Assembly (NCBI GenBank): GCA_963737065.1
Contig: CAVTRC010000002.1
Coordinates: 224,001 to 288,000, forward strand
Direction of reading: 5' to 3'
Length of the DNA stretch: 64,000 nucleotides
Source of the DNA: Candidatus Eremiobacteria bacterium
GTDB taxonomy: Bacteria > Vulcanimicrobiota > Vulcanimicrobiia > Vulcanimicrobiales > Vulcanimicrobiaceae
The stretch's first letter is position 1; each line of letters starts with the position of its first letter. The notes below the pieces were generated by a model that searched no databases, had not been told where the DNA came from, and saw nothing but the letters and a program-made list of their open reading frames with translations. This document shows positions 46,962 to 56,194 of the stretch, piece after piece. The translations under genes were made by a program, and so were the position numbers.

Positions 46962-48112
46962 GTGCGATTCTTCCGGCGTCCCACGCCGCCGCCGCTGCCC
47001 TGGAATACGGAAATGCTCGTTCTCGGTGAAAAGGACGGCGCGTTTGCAGCGGTGCGCAACAGCCGAGTGTTGATTTATTGGCCGCACGGCTTCGGGGACT
47101 TCGTCCACCTCTCGTATGTCATTCCGCTACTCGAGCCATCGAACGAGTACTTCATCACGCGCTTCGGCGACGATTTCGTCCATCTCTACGATGAAGGCCG
47201 GCGTGCCGCACCGATCTACTCCGGTGAGATGTCCGTCGGCAATGGGAGCGCCTTCGGCGTTGCGCCGCACTTCGGACTCGACATGGACGCGATCGCAAAC
47301 CGGGTGGAGCGCATTGAGATTCCCGAACCGCTCCGATCGCGTATCCATGATGCGAAGGTCGAGCTGATGCTCTTCAGCCGGTATCCCGAGATGACGGGAC
47401 GCACGCCGTATCCGTACCAGACCAAGGCACGTTTTCTCGCGTCGAAGCTCGTCGGTGCGAAGAGGCTCGCACAGTTCGATCTGTCCAAGCCGCTCCGATC
47501 GTCGCTCGCCTTTCGCGCGCCGGCGGATGCGGTGCGCCGAGTCGAGCAGCGCTTGCGCGATGCTGTTGCTCCCGGTGAGCGCTTGTATCTCCTTTCGCCC
47601 GGCGGTCACACGCAACTGCGCAAAGTTTTCCCCGAAAAGAGGTTGTCGCGTTCGCGCGCGAGATCCGCCGGCGTGATCCTCGCGCCCGCGTGATCACGGT
47701 CGATGAACGGACGTCGGATGCAATAGGACGCGAACGTAATGTCGCACCAACGACGACCGATCTCTTCGCAGATCTCGGCGTGCCGTTCGCGCACGTCCTC
47801 GTGACGCTGATCCGCGCATCCCACGCGTACGCCGGCGTCGCATCGGGCCCGTTGCACGCGGCGCTTTCGATTGGCGAACGGCCGATCGTCGGCATTTGGC
47901 TCGGTCATTGGCCCGAGTACTACGATGAGCCGTCACCCGATGCAGTCCATCTCGTGGGCCCGCTCGTGTATCGGGAAAAGCTCGATCGTCGCGCCGGCGC
48001 GCAAACAAAAGCGGCCGCCGGCGTGCTGCAATATACGATCGTGCCGTTTCGCAAACGCGCTCCACGCGCGCAGGATGTGATCGCCGCGTTCGACGCTATT
48101 CAGCGGCCATAG
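46962..48112 (+). pseudogene. GT-B/GT9-like protein interrupted by a -1 frameshift near 47625-47640
   Basis: YWPHGFGD start and GVASGPLHAA end resemble GT9 (G.GD ... DSGP.H.A); a one-base shift joins ORF 46785-47693 to 47690-48112 via EVVAFAREIRRRDPRARVITVD. Confidence 0.55.
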
Positions 48113-49595
48113 CGACCGACGCGGAGGCGGCCTTGCGTTTCTTTACCGTCAGGAAGAGCACGAGCGGCGTCGCGATGACAAAGACGATCGCGGTTATGCG
48201 GAAGAGATAGTCGTACGCGATCATCGTCGATTGTTGCGAGACCATGTTGGTGAGCGTGCTCACCGAGTAGCCGTGGGTCTGGGTAACGCCCGATGCGAGA
48301 ACGTTCCACGCAATCGCCGTTTCATGCGTGAGGAGCGTCGTCAGGATCGCGATACCGAAGCTTCCTCCGAGCTGACGGATCAGCGTATTGACACCGGTTG
48401 CGCCCGCCAGTTCACCGACCGGCACGTCGTTGAGCGTAACTGTCGAAAGCGGCACGAACAGGAATCCGAGTCCGAACCCCTGGATGAGCCGCGGCCAAAA
48501 GACGTCCCAGTATCCCGCTTGCGTATTCAAACTCCCGAGCCACCAGCAGGAATAGGCAAAGAGCAGCATGCCGAACGCAATCGAGACGCGCGCATCGATG
48601 TAGTTGAGAATGCGCCCGATGATGACCATGCTCAGCGCCGTAGAGAGCGCGCCCGGCAAAAGCGCAAGCCCCGTATCGAACGCCGTGAAATTTAAAATGG
48701 TTTGAAAGAACAGCGGCAAGATCAGCGCGGTGCCGAAGAGTCCGAAGCCGGTAATGACGCCGATAATCTGTCCGATGGTAAACGACTTTAGCCGAAAGAC
48801 ATGCAGGTCCACGAGCGGGTGTTTGTCGCGCAGCATCTTGATGATGAAGAACGTTAGCGTCACCGCCGCAACCACCGTCAGAATCGTAATTGCACTCGAC
48901 GAATACCACTCGTCGTGTTCACCGCGCTCCAAGACGTACTGCAGCGACGCGAGTCCCGCGCACAGCAAACTCAATCCGATCCAATCCACGCCGGCCTTCG
49001 GCTTCTCGATGTACTTCGGGTTTGGGATAAACATCAGCGTCATCATGAACGCAACGATGCCGATCGGGATGTTGATGTAGAAGATCAAGGGCCACGTCGC
49101 ATTATCCACGATGTAGCCTCCGAGCGTCGGACCAACTGCCGGGCCCACCATCGCGCCTAAACCAAAAATCGCCATGGCGGCGCCGCGCTTCTGCGGCGGA
49201 TATGTCTCAAAGAGCAGCGCCTGCGCCGTGGGTTGCAATGCGCCGCCGCCGATGCCTTGCAGCACGCGGTAAATAATCAGCTGCGTGATGCTCGTCGCCG
49301 TTCCGCACAAAAATGATGCGACGGTAAAGACCGCAAGCGACGCCGCGTAAAAGCGTTTGCGTCCCAAGAACGCCGTGAGCCAGCCGTTCAACGGCATGAT
49401 GCAAACGTTAGAAAGAATGTAGCCGGTCGCGACCCACGACACTTCATCAACGGACGCCCCGAGGTTGCCGCCGATGGTGTTGAGGGCAACGTTGACGATC
49501 GTCGTGTCGATGATGGCCATGATCATGCCGAGCATGACCGTGACCGTAATCAGTGCAACCGGTGGATTCTCTTGGTGAGCAAACGGGTTACGCAT
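48096..49595 (-). CDS. DHA2 (EmrB/QacA) family MFS efflux permease
   Basis: IDTTIVNVAL, WV.TGY, GRKR, RVLQGIGGG, GP..GPTLGG, W..IFYINIPIG. Confidence 0.93.
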   Translation of the reverse strand: MRNPFAHQENPPVALITVTVMLGMIMAIIDTTIVNVALNTIGGNLGASVDEVSWVATGYILSNVCIMPLNGWLTAFLGRKRFYAASLAVFTVASFLCGTATSITQLIIYRVLQGIGGGALQPTAQALLFETYPPQKRGAAMAIFGLGAMVGPAVGPTLGGYIVDNATWPLIFYINIPIGIVAFMMTLMFIPNPKYIEKPKAGVDWIGLSLLCAGLASLQYVLERGEHDEWYSSSAITILTVVAAVTLTFFIIKMLRDKHPLVDLHVFRLKSFTIGQIIGVITGFGLFGTALILPLFFQTILNFTAFDTGLALLPGALSTALSMVIIGRILNYIDARVSIAFGMLLFAYSCWWLGSLNTQAGYWDVFWPRLIQGFGLGFLFVPLSTVTLNDVPVGELAGATGVNTLIRQLGGSFGIAILTTLLTHETAIAWNVLASGVTQTHGYSVSTLTNMVSQQSTMIAYDYLFRITAIVFVIATPLVLFLTVKKRKAASASVAMAAE

Positions 49596-49605
49596 CGCGA
49601 TTATT

Positions 49606-49629
49606 AACCTGCTAAATATTTACACGGTT
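49606..49629. promoter_or_regulatory. Candidate operator dyad upstream of the EmrB-type MFS gene
   Basis: AACC-N3-TAAATATTTA-N3-GGTT, AT-rich in a GC-rich background. Confidence 0.5.
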
Positions 49630-49676
49630 GCAGCCGTTAAAGCCTGTTTCGCCGCCGGGCTGCACGGATGCGGTTC

Positions 49677-51014
49677 CTAACGCGGGACCAACAACAGAAG
49701 GCTTGCGCCGAAGACAACGAGTGCAACGAAGAATGCCATCGCAGTGAACGCCATGACGCGTCGTAATCCGATCCCCGCGATCGCCAGGACCGGCAAACAC
49801 CAAAACGGCTGAATCATATTCGCCACCTCTTCCCCGATTGCAACCGCCATCGCGCTCGCGCCTTGCGACGCGCCGAGCTTCGTCGCGGCCGGTACGACAA
49901 ACGGTCCTTGCACGGCCCAGTGCCCGCCGCCGCTCGGCACGAAGAGCGAAATAATAATACTCGAGACATAGCTCCAGAATGGAAGCGTTGCGGCAGTCGA
50001 AAACGCAACGAACCACTGCGCGATCACGCCCGCAAGCCCAGTGCCCGTCATGATCCCCATAATGCCGCCGTAGAGCGGGTACTGCACGAGCAGCGGCCCC
50101 GTTATGCGCGCAGCGTCATTGATCGCGCGAACGTACGCCACCGGCGTCCAGTGCAAGAGTAGCCCGAGCAGAAAGAAGATGAAGATTACGCTCTGAATCG
50201 GAAGCGAAAATCCCGTGGTAAGCCAATTCGACACGAGGTAATACGCGCCGCCGATGACGATCGCAAGATTGAGAATCCATGCGCGATCCAACGCGGAGCC
50301 GAGCGTCGGACGCGCTTGCGGTTCCGCCGTTGGAGGTTCCGTATTGTCGGGCGGAAGTTGCGCTGCAACGACATCGTTGCCGCGCGGCTCGAACGCAAGG
50401 AAGACGAACGGAATCACGATGAGCAGCACGATGACCGGCACGAGGTTGAACGGCGTGAAGATCGTCTTTGAAAGCCGCAGCACGACGCCCGTTAGCGATT
50501 GAACGATATTGAGCTTGCTGCCCGGCGTGGCTTGCGCGAGTGCGATGGAGCTCGAAAGTCCACTTGCCCAAATCAAAAAGCCGCAGTACGCGGCCGCGAC
50601 GAGCCAGCCGAAATCGATCCGCATGCGTTGCGCGATCGTGCGCGCAAGAATTCCGGCCACGACGAGTCCGAATCCCCAATTCAACCAACATGCGATTGCC
50701 GAGACAAGAAACGTTGTCGTCACCGCAGCGCGCGTCGTCGTTGGGAGCGCCGCCAACCCGAGAAGTCCCCGCCGCACCGGCGCGCTGTTTGCGAGCGCAT
50801 AGCCGGTCACGAGGATAAGGATCATCTGCAAGGCAAATTCGAAAATATCGAAGATGCCTTTGTACCAGGACGACGCGACGGCGATCGGCGTATGATGCGG
50901 CGCTAAAATGACGGCCAGCAGCGCGGTTACGAGGGTCAGCAGAACCGCAAAGACATACGGATCGGGAATCGCGAATTCGAAGACGCGGACGAAAAATTCA
51001 GAGATCGCTCGCAT
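49677..51014 (-). CDS. atoE: Short-chain fatty acid transporter (AtoE family)
   Basis: PDPYVFA, F.LQM..ILVTG..LA, NWGFGLV, Q.PLYGGIMG, PSGGG.WAVQGP, NMIQPFW.LP.L.IAG. Confidence 0.9.
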   Translation of the reverse strand: MRAISEFFVRVFEFAIPDPYVFAVLLTLVTALLAVILAPHHTPIAVASSWYKGIFDIFEFALQMILILVTGYALANSAPVRRGLLGLAALPTTTRAAVTTTFLVSAIACWLNWGFGLVVAGILARTIAQRMRIDFGWLVAAAYCGFLIWASGLSSSIALAQATPGSKLNIVQSLTGVVLRLSKTIFTPFNLVPVIVLLIVIPFVFLAFEPRGNDVVAAQLPPDNTEPPTAEPQARPTLGSALDRAWILNLAIVIGGAYYLVSNWLTTGFSLPIQSVIFIFFLLGLLLHWTPVAYVRAINDAARITGPLLVQYPLYGGIMGIMTGTGLAGVIAQWFVAFSTAATLPFWSYVSSIIISLFVPSGGGHWAVQGPFVVPAATKLGASQGASAMAVAIGEEVANMIQPFWCLPVLAIAGIGLRRVMAFTAMAFFVALVVFGASLLLLVPR

Positions 51015-51181
51015 GGCGTTGCGTTCGCGAAAAGCGTGGTTGCGCGCCTGTCGAATAACCGCGGCATGCCGGCCGTCCGCCTATCACGCTTTCCGCGATC
51101 CGGTCGACGTTGTCCACGTCGCCCGGATTGTGCCCCCTTGAGGTCGGCGCGACGTGTGACGTTTTTGTTCCGGAGGTTGGC

Positions 51182-53167
51182 ATGAGGCGACGCGCCTTTT
51201 TGGCGCACACGGTGGGTGCGTTGGGTGCCGCGACGTTCCCCGCGCGCGTACTCGCTACTGGACGTGACCTCACGCTTGCAAACGATGCGATTGCAGCTAC
51301 CTTCACGATCGACGACGGTACGTTGCGTCTCGCGTCCCTCGCCGATCGCCTAAATCGATCCTCCATCCCGCCCCCGCGTGAACTCTTCGCAATAGTTCTG
51401 CATGACGGCACGCAACTTCGCTCGAGCGAATTCACGGTTGTGGGAGACGCGCGCGTCGAAACCCTTGTTCCAGATTCCCAAGCATCGCGCTTCGCCGACC
51501 GGCTTTCGGGCAACGCGGTCGCGGTGGAACTGCTGCATCGAAGCGGTCGCGCGCGGGTGCAGTGGCGCGCGCTGTTGCGTGACGGTGCTCATTACGTTCG
51601 GCAGACCATAAGCGTCGATGCCGTCGGCGCCGAACTCGTGATCGACGGCGTACGCATGATCGACTTCGTCAATCTTCCCGATGCATTGGTCGTTGGCAGT
51701 GTTGACGGTTCGCCGATCGTGTCAGGCAACTGGTTCTTGGGCATCGAGCATCCGTTCGCGCAAGCCGAGGGTGTGTACGACCGAGCATCCGCGACGTTGC
51801 CATACCACCTGCCGCTGCGTCCCGGCGTGCCTGTCGTCGTTTCCAACGTGATCGGTGTAACGCGACCGGGACAACGCCGTCGCGATTTCTTGCGCTACGT
51901 CGAACGCGAGCGAGCGCATCCGTACCGGACGTTTCTGCACTATAACTCGTGGTATGACATCGGCTATTTCACGCCGTACACCGCGGATGAAGCCGTTTCA
52001 CGCATCGAGGCGTTCGGCCAAGCGTTACACGTTCAACGCGGCGTGCGTTTGGAGTCATTCTTATTCGACGATGGCTGGGACGACCCAGACCGTTTGTGGC
52101 AATTCAATTCCGGTTTTCGCGATGGATTCGCGTCGCTGCACGCTGCGGCCGAGCAGTACGGCGCGGCGCCGGGTGCATGGCTCTCGCCATGGGGCGGTTA
52201 TGGAAAACCGCACGAGCGCCGGATTGCAAGTGCCATACGTGAAGGCTATGAGACCGACTCAAATGGTCTTGCGCTCTCCGGCCCGCGATACTATGAATAT
52301 TTCACCGACGTGGTCACGCGGTTCATTCAGCGCGGCGGCGTCAATCAGTTCAAAATCGACGGCACCGGCGACAACAGCACAGTCTATCCCGGCAGCCGCT
52401 TCGGCAGCAACTTCGATGCGGCGATTCATCTCATCGAGACGATGCGCCGGCTGGAGCCGAACATCTACGTCAACTTGACGACCGGCACGTATCCCTCACC
52501 GTTTTGGCTGCGGTACTGCGATTCTATCTGGCGCGGTGGTTACGATCATAACTTCGAGGGCGTTGGCACGCACCGTCAAAAGTGGATCACGTACCGCGAT
52601 GCCGACACGTACGCCGGCATCGTGACGCAAGGGCCGCTCTATCCGCTGAACTCACTCATGCTGCACGGGTTGATCTACGCGCAGCACGCCAAGCATCTCG
52701 ACTCCGATCCACACGGTGATTTTCGCGACGAAATTCGATCGTATTTCTCCACCGGTACGCAGCTGCAGGAGATGTACGTTACGCCGACGCTGCTTTCGCC
52801 GCAAAACTGGAACGATCTCGCGCAAGCGGCAAAGTGGTCGGCCGTGAATGCCGACGTATTGTGCGATACGCACTGGGTCGGCGGCAATCCAGCGCGGCTC
52901 GATGTGTACGGCTGGGCGTCCTGGTCAGCGCGCAAAGGGATTCTTGCATTGCGCAATCCGAGCGATCGAGCACAAGAGATTGCGCTCGACATCGGCTCGG
53001 TGTTGGAGGTCCCTGATGAGTCGCCACGTGAGTATGTCGCTCGCAGCCCCTGGCATGGCGAAGCAGGTTCGCCGTTACGGCTGCGCGCCGACTCAACGCA
53101 CCTTTTCCGCTTGCAGCCCTTCGAGGTCATGACGCTCGAGCTCATCCCGGCCGTCGCACGTAGATGA
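51182..53167 (+). CDS. TAT-exported glycoside hydrolase-like protein (alpha-galactosidase-like TIM barrel; family often labelled 'enterotoxin')
   Basis: MRRRAFL TAT motif; HYNSWYD, FLFDDGW, WLSPWGGY, FKIDG; GGAGG RBS. Confidence 0.72.
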   Translation: MRRRAFLAHTVGALGAATFPARVLATGRDLTLANDAIAATFTIDDGTLRLASLADRLNRSSIPPPRELFAIVLHDGTQLRSSEFTVVGDARVETLVPDSQASRFADRLSGNAVAVELLHRSGRARVQWRALLRDGAHYVRQTISVDAVGAELVIDGVRMIDFVNLPDALVVGSVDGSPIVSGNWFLGIEHPFAQAEGVYDRASATLPYHLPLRPGVPVVVSNVIGVTRPGQRRRDFLRYVERERAHPYRTFLHYNSWYDIGYFTPYTADEAVSRIEAFGQALHVQRGVRLESFLFDDGWDDPDRLWQFNSGFRDGFASLHAAAEQYGAAPGAWLSPWGGYGKPHERRIASAIREGYETDSNGLALSGPRYYEYFTDVVTRFIQRGGVNQFKIDGTGDNSTVYPGSRFGSNFDAAIHLIETMRRLEPNIYVNLTTGTYPSPFWLRYCDSIWRGGYDHNFEGVGTHRQKWITYRDADTYAGIVTQGPLYPLNSLMLHGLIYAQHAKHLDSDPHGDFRDEIRSYFSTGTQLQEMYVTPTLLSPQNWNDLAQAAKWSAVNADVLCDTHWVGGNPARLDVYGWASWSARKGILALRNPSDRAQEIALDIGSVLEVPDESPREYVARSPWHGEAGSPLRLRADSTHLFRLQPFEVMTLELIPAVARR

Positions 53168-53256
53168 CGCGGATTGAGTAGTGCTGAAATGCGTGCCTCA
53201 TGCTATTCTAAAGGCGCGAGTTCGGGCGGAACGCTTCGATTGGTGCGTGTTGTATT

Positions 53257-53517
53257 TTGGATGATTCGAGCCCGGGCATTAGCGCACAAGGGTTGCTGCC
53301 TCTGAAAGACACGTCCGGCAACACGCCCTTCGAGGTCTCGATTCGCGGACCGCGCCGTCGCGAAGTGGGCGACTACGCTTTCGAACTTCCCGTAGACGGT
53401 TTCGCTGAGTCAATCCGGCAGAGCTTCTTTGGGATCGATGCATTGCAAGCGTTGCGCGATTCCGGAAGAGCGGATATTGCTGAGAGATTCGATCGATGGA
53501 AATTCGACTCGCAATAG
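53257..53517 (+). pseudogene. Degraded DUF6968-like small protein
   Basis: V.I..P......Y......G........FGIDALQAL pattern; truncated-looking C-terminus, poor start. Confidence 0.35.
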
Positions 53518-53559
53518 GAAACGAGCTCGGCAGTGCGTTCGCGAAAAGTATGGCTGCAA

Positions 53560-54045
53560 ATGGATTGCACTGAAGGATTGGACCAGCGAGACGGTCGCGC
53601 AACTGAACTTATTGGACGCGCGTTTCTTACCGCGCAGCTGTTTCAGGCTGGCATTGAAGTAGCGGCGCCGATTCGGGATAGAGGTGTGGATCTGATCGCA
53701 TATATCGACCTCCGAGCGGACAGCTTCCGCGCTCGCCCGATCCAAGTAAAAGCGTCCTTGCACTTTCGATTCGTCCACGACAGTAAATACGAGAAGTTCC
53801 CGGATCTCCTCATTGCACATGTCGTATTTCTATCGGATTTCGCCGAGACGAAAGTTTATGCGATGGATTACGAGAGCGAGCATAGCATTTGTAGAAGCCT
53901 CGGCTATCTAAACTCGAAGTTATGGATGAACCCGGGGAGGGGGTCGCCGCGCTATTTCATGACGAAAAAGCCGCCCGAGCTGACGGAGGCATTGAAGCCG
54001 TACCTAATGACGCCGGAGCGATGGCTGCAGTACCTGCGACGATGA
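53560..54045 (+). CDS. Orphan PD-(D/E)XK-fold nuclease-like protein
   Basis: ELIG helix, P.RDRGVDLI, PIQVK; atypical, less GC-rich codons. Confidence 0.65.
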   Translation: MDCTEGLDQRDGRATELIGRAFLTAQLFQAGIEVAAPIRDRGVDLIAYIDLRADSFRARPIQVKASLHFRFVHDSKYEKFPDLLIAHVVFLSDFAETKVYAMDYESEHSICRSLGYLNSKLWMNPGRGSPRYFMTKKPPELTEALKPYLMTPERWLQYLRR

Positions 54046-54094
54046 AGGATCGTCGGCCGGTTCTTCACTCTCCGTGTCGTTGGCATTGACGCTA

Positions 54095-56194
54095 CTATTC
54101 ACCAGGGTGATACGTGCGTTCGATATGGCCCGCAAGTTCGTCGGGATAAAAGTAGACGGGACGAAGGTTTCCCGTTACGTACCGTTCGGCTTGGTCGTCG
54201 AAATGCGGCGAATGCGGATCGCCGCTTTCGCCTCCGGCGGTCACTGCGACGGCTCGCACGCGCGTACCGAACTGAACGACCGCAACAAAACTGTTGCCTG
54301 AACGGCAGTAGCGTTTCTTGGTGTTCGGTCCGGGTGCTGAGTAGCACGCGGCGAGCGATCCCCATGTGCCGGCAACAAAACCAACCGGAATGCTCGCGGC
54401 TGCGTCGTCGAACTGCGGCTCGATGCTATCGTTCAAGCGCTGAAAGCGGTTGATTTGTCCCCACGGCGTTTTCCATGTTCCAAAGTCGGCGTTCAGTTTA
54501 TCGACCGCATCGGCGAAACTCGTGAGTTTCTGCTGCGCCGTCGTCGCGAGCAGATCTGGTTGACGCGCGCTCCCCGCAGCATGCGCGAGCGCTTCCGCCC
54601 AGTACACCGCGAGCGAGGTCGGAATCGAGTCGGCCGCCCAACGATCGTTCCAGGCGCGCAGCGTCGCGAGTGGTTCGGAGAGTTTCGCTTTGAGCGGATC
54701 GCTCATCGAAGCGGCATCGTATGCGGTCACCAGCGACGGAACGAGCGCCGCGAACAACGGCAAATTGCGATCGAACGCCGCCGCAAGCAGCGAGTCGAGC
54801 GTGAAGCCGTGCTGGTTTGCCAGGAGCGTGGCCGCATGCATACCGCGCGCGTTCTCTCCGGCGGTGTCCATGTAACGCGGGAAGTCTTGCGGTTTTGGAC
54901 TGTCGTGACCGGCCGCTGAGTACGGCCAGTCGTTCGTGTTGAAGACGTAGCCGACGCTCGGATCGACGACGTGGGGCTCTTGGTCGAGTGAATCGACGCC
55001 TTGCCAATCGGTCGCCGGATCCGATCCGTCGACGGGCTTCGTAAAGTCGAAGCGGTTGTCGCGGCGCGGAATGAACTGCGGATGCATGTAGGCGATCTCG
55101 CCTTTATCATCCGCGAAGATCGTGTTGTTCGAGGAATTAGCCTTCAATTCGGCGACGTGCCGGAAAGTCGCAAAATCGGTCGCTTTGGTGCGCAGAAACG
55201 ACTGCATCAACGCGCGCCGAGGCCGGTTCATCAACGCTTCGGCGATCCACTTGCCGTTCTCATCGGCAACGATCGGCCCGTGGTGCGTGCGGTAGACCGT
55301 AAACGTCTTGCTGCCGAACGAGCCGCCCGGCAAGCGGAACCGAATGACGACCGACGATACGGTAACCGGTCGCAGCGCGTTTCCGTACCGGTAGTACAAC
55401 CGCCCGTTGCGCCGAACGATCGTTTCCGCAAACTGGTCGACGTTGTCTGCGCCCGTCGACGTATGCATCCAGCCGATGTGCGGATTGAACCCTTGATAGA
55501 CGAAGAACTGCCCCCAGGTGACCGCGCCGTATGCATTCAGGCCTTCATCGCTCGTCATCTGCAGTTCCGAACGAAAATAATACGACGTGTGCGGGTTGAT
55601 CAGCAGCAACGCCTGATGATCGGCCGTGTTAGACGGAGCGATCGCGATGCCGTTCGATCCCGACGGATCGGGGACCGGCGTTGCCGTCGGCGCTGCGTGT
55701 GCAGCGACCGGCGTACCGCCGTAAAACGCCCGGAGTTCCGGGATCGACACGCGCTCGGAATCGCCGCCGATGCTCCCTTCAGTAAAGCTCAGCGCCATCC
55801 AGGGCTCGAAGTGATGAATCGCGCGCGGATGCACGTTCGGATGCGTGGCGAGATAGTAGTTAAGCCCGTCGGCCCATGCGCTCATGAGCGTACGAAGCCA
55901 CAAAGGGCTTTCACGGTATCGCCGCTGCAGATCCACGGGATCGACGAAGAGCCGCGCGCGCAGATCCTCGTACATCGCGCGTTCACCCTGTGCTTCGGAA
56001 AGGCGTCCGAGCGCGGTGAGGTAGTTCGTTTCGACGCGGTTGAAATCGTCTTCGGCCTGCGCGTAGATCATACCGAAGACGGCATCGGCGTCCGTTTTAC
56101 CATGAATGTGCGCGATACCCCAAGTATCGCGCACGATCGTGACGCGCTGCGCTTGCGCATGGAGTGCCGCGCTCAGTGCGAGTGCAAGGATCAT
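54095..56194 (-). CDS. Penicillin acylase family (Ntn hydrolase)
   Basis: IVRD.WGI.HI, YAQAED, GSNG nucleophile Ser, LLINPH, GESGDP.SPHF.DQA; TGATG overlap with the TM0106 stop. Confidence 0.92.
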   Translation of the reverse strand: MILALALSAALHAQAQRVTIVRDTWGIAHIHGKTDADAVFGMIYAQAEDDFNRVETNYLTALGRLSEAQGERAMYEDLRARLFVDPVDLQRRYRESPLWLRTLMSAWADGLNYYLATHPNVHPRAIHHFEPWMALSFTEGSIGGDSERVSIPELRAFYGGTPVAAHAAPTATPVPDPSGSNGIAIAPSNTADHQALLLINPHTSYYFRSELQMTSDEGLNAYGAVTWGQFFVYQGFNPHIGWMHTSTGADNVDQFAETIVRRNGRLYYRYGNALRPVTVSSVVIRFRLPGGSFGSKTFTVYRTHHGPIVADENGKWIAEALMNRPRRALMQSFLRTKATDFATFRHVAELKANSSNNTIFADDKGEIAYMHPQFIPRRDNRFDFTKPVDGSDPATDWQGVDSLDQEPHVVDPSVGYVFNTNDWPYSAAGHDSPKPQDFPRYMDTAGENARGMHAATLLANQHGFTLDSLLAAAFDRNLPLFAALVPSLVTAYDAASMSDPLKAKLSEPLATLRAWNDRWAADSIPTSLAVYWAEALAHAAGSARQPDLLATTAQQKLTSFADAVDKLNADFGTWKTPWGQINRFQRLNDSIEPQFDDAAASIPVGFVAGTWGSLAACYSAPGPNTKKRYCRSGNSFVAVVQFGTRVRAVAVTAGGESGDPHSPHFDDQAERYVTGNLRPVYFYPDELAGHIERTYHPGE

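Noticed and set aside
51182..53167. Enterotoxin / virulence factor
   Set aside because: Motifs (DDGW, KxDG) and the TAT signal fit a glycoside hydrolase; nothing in the sequence supports toxicity
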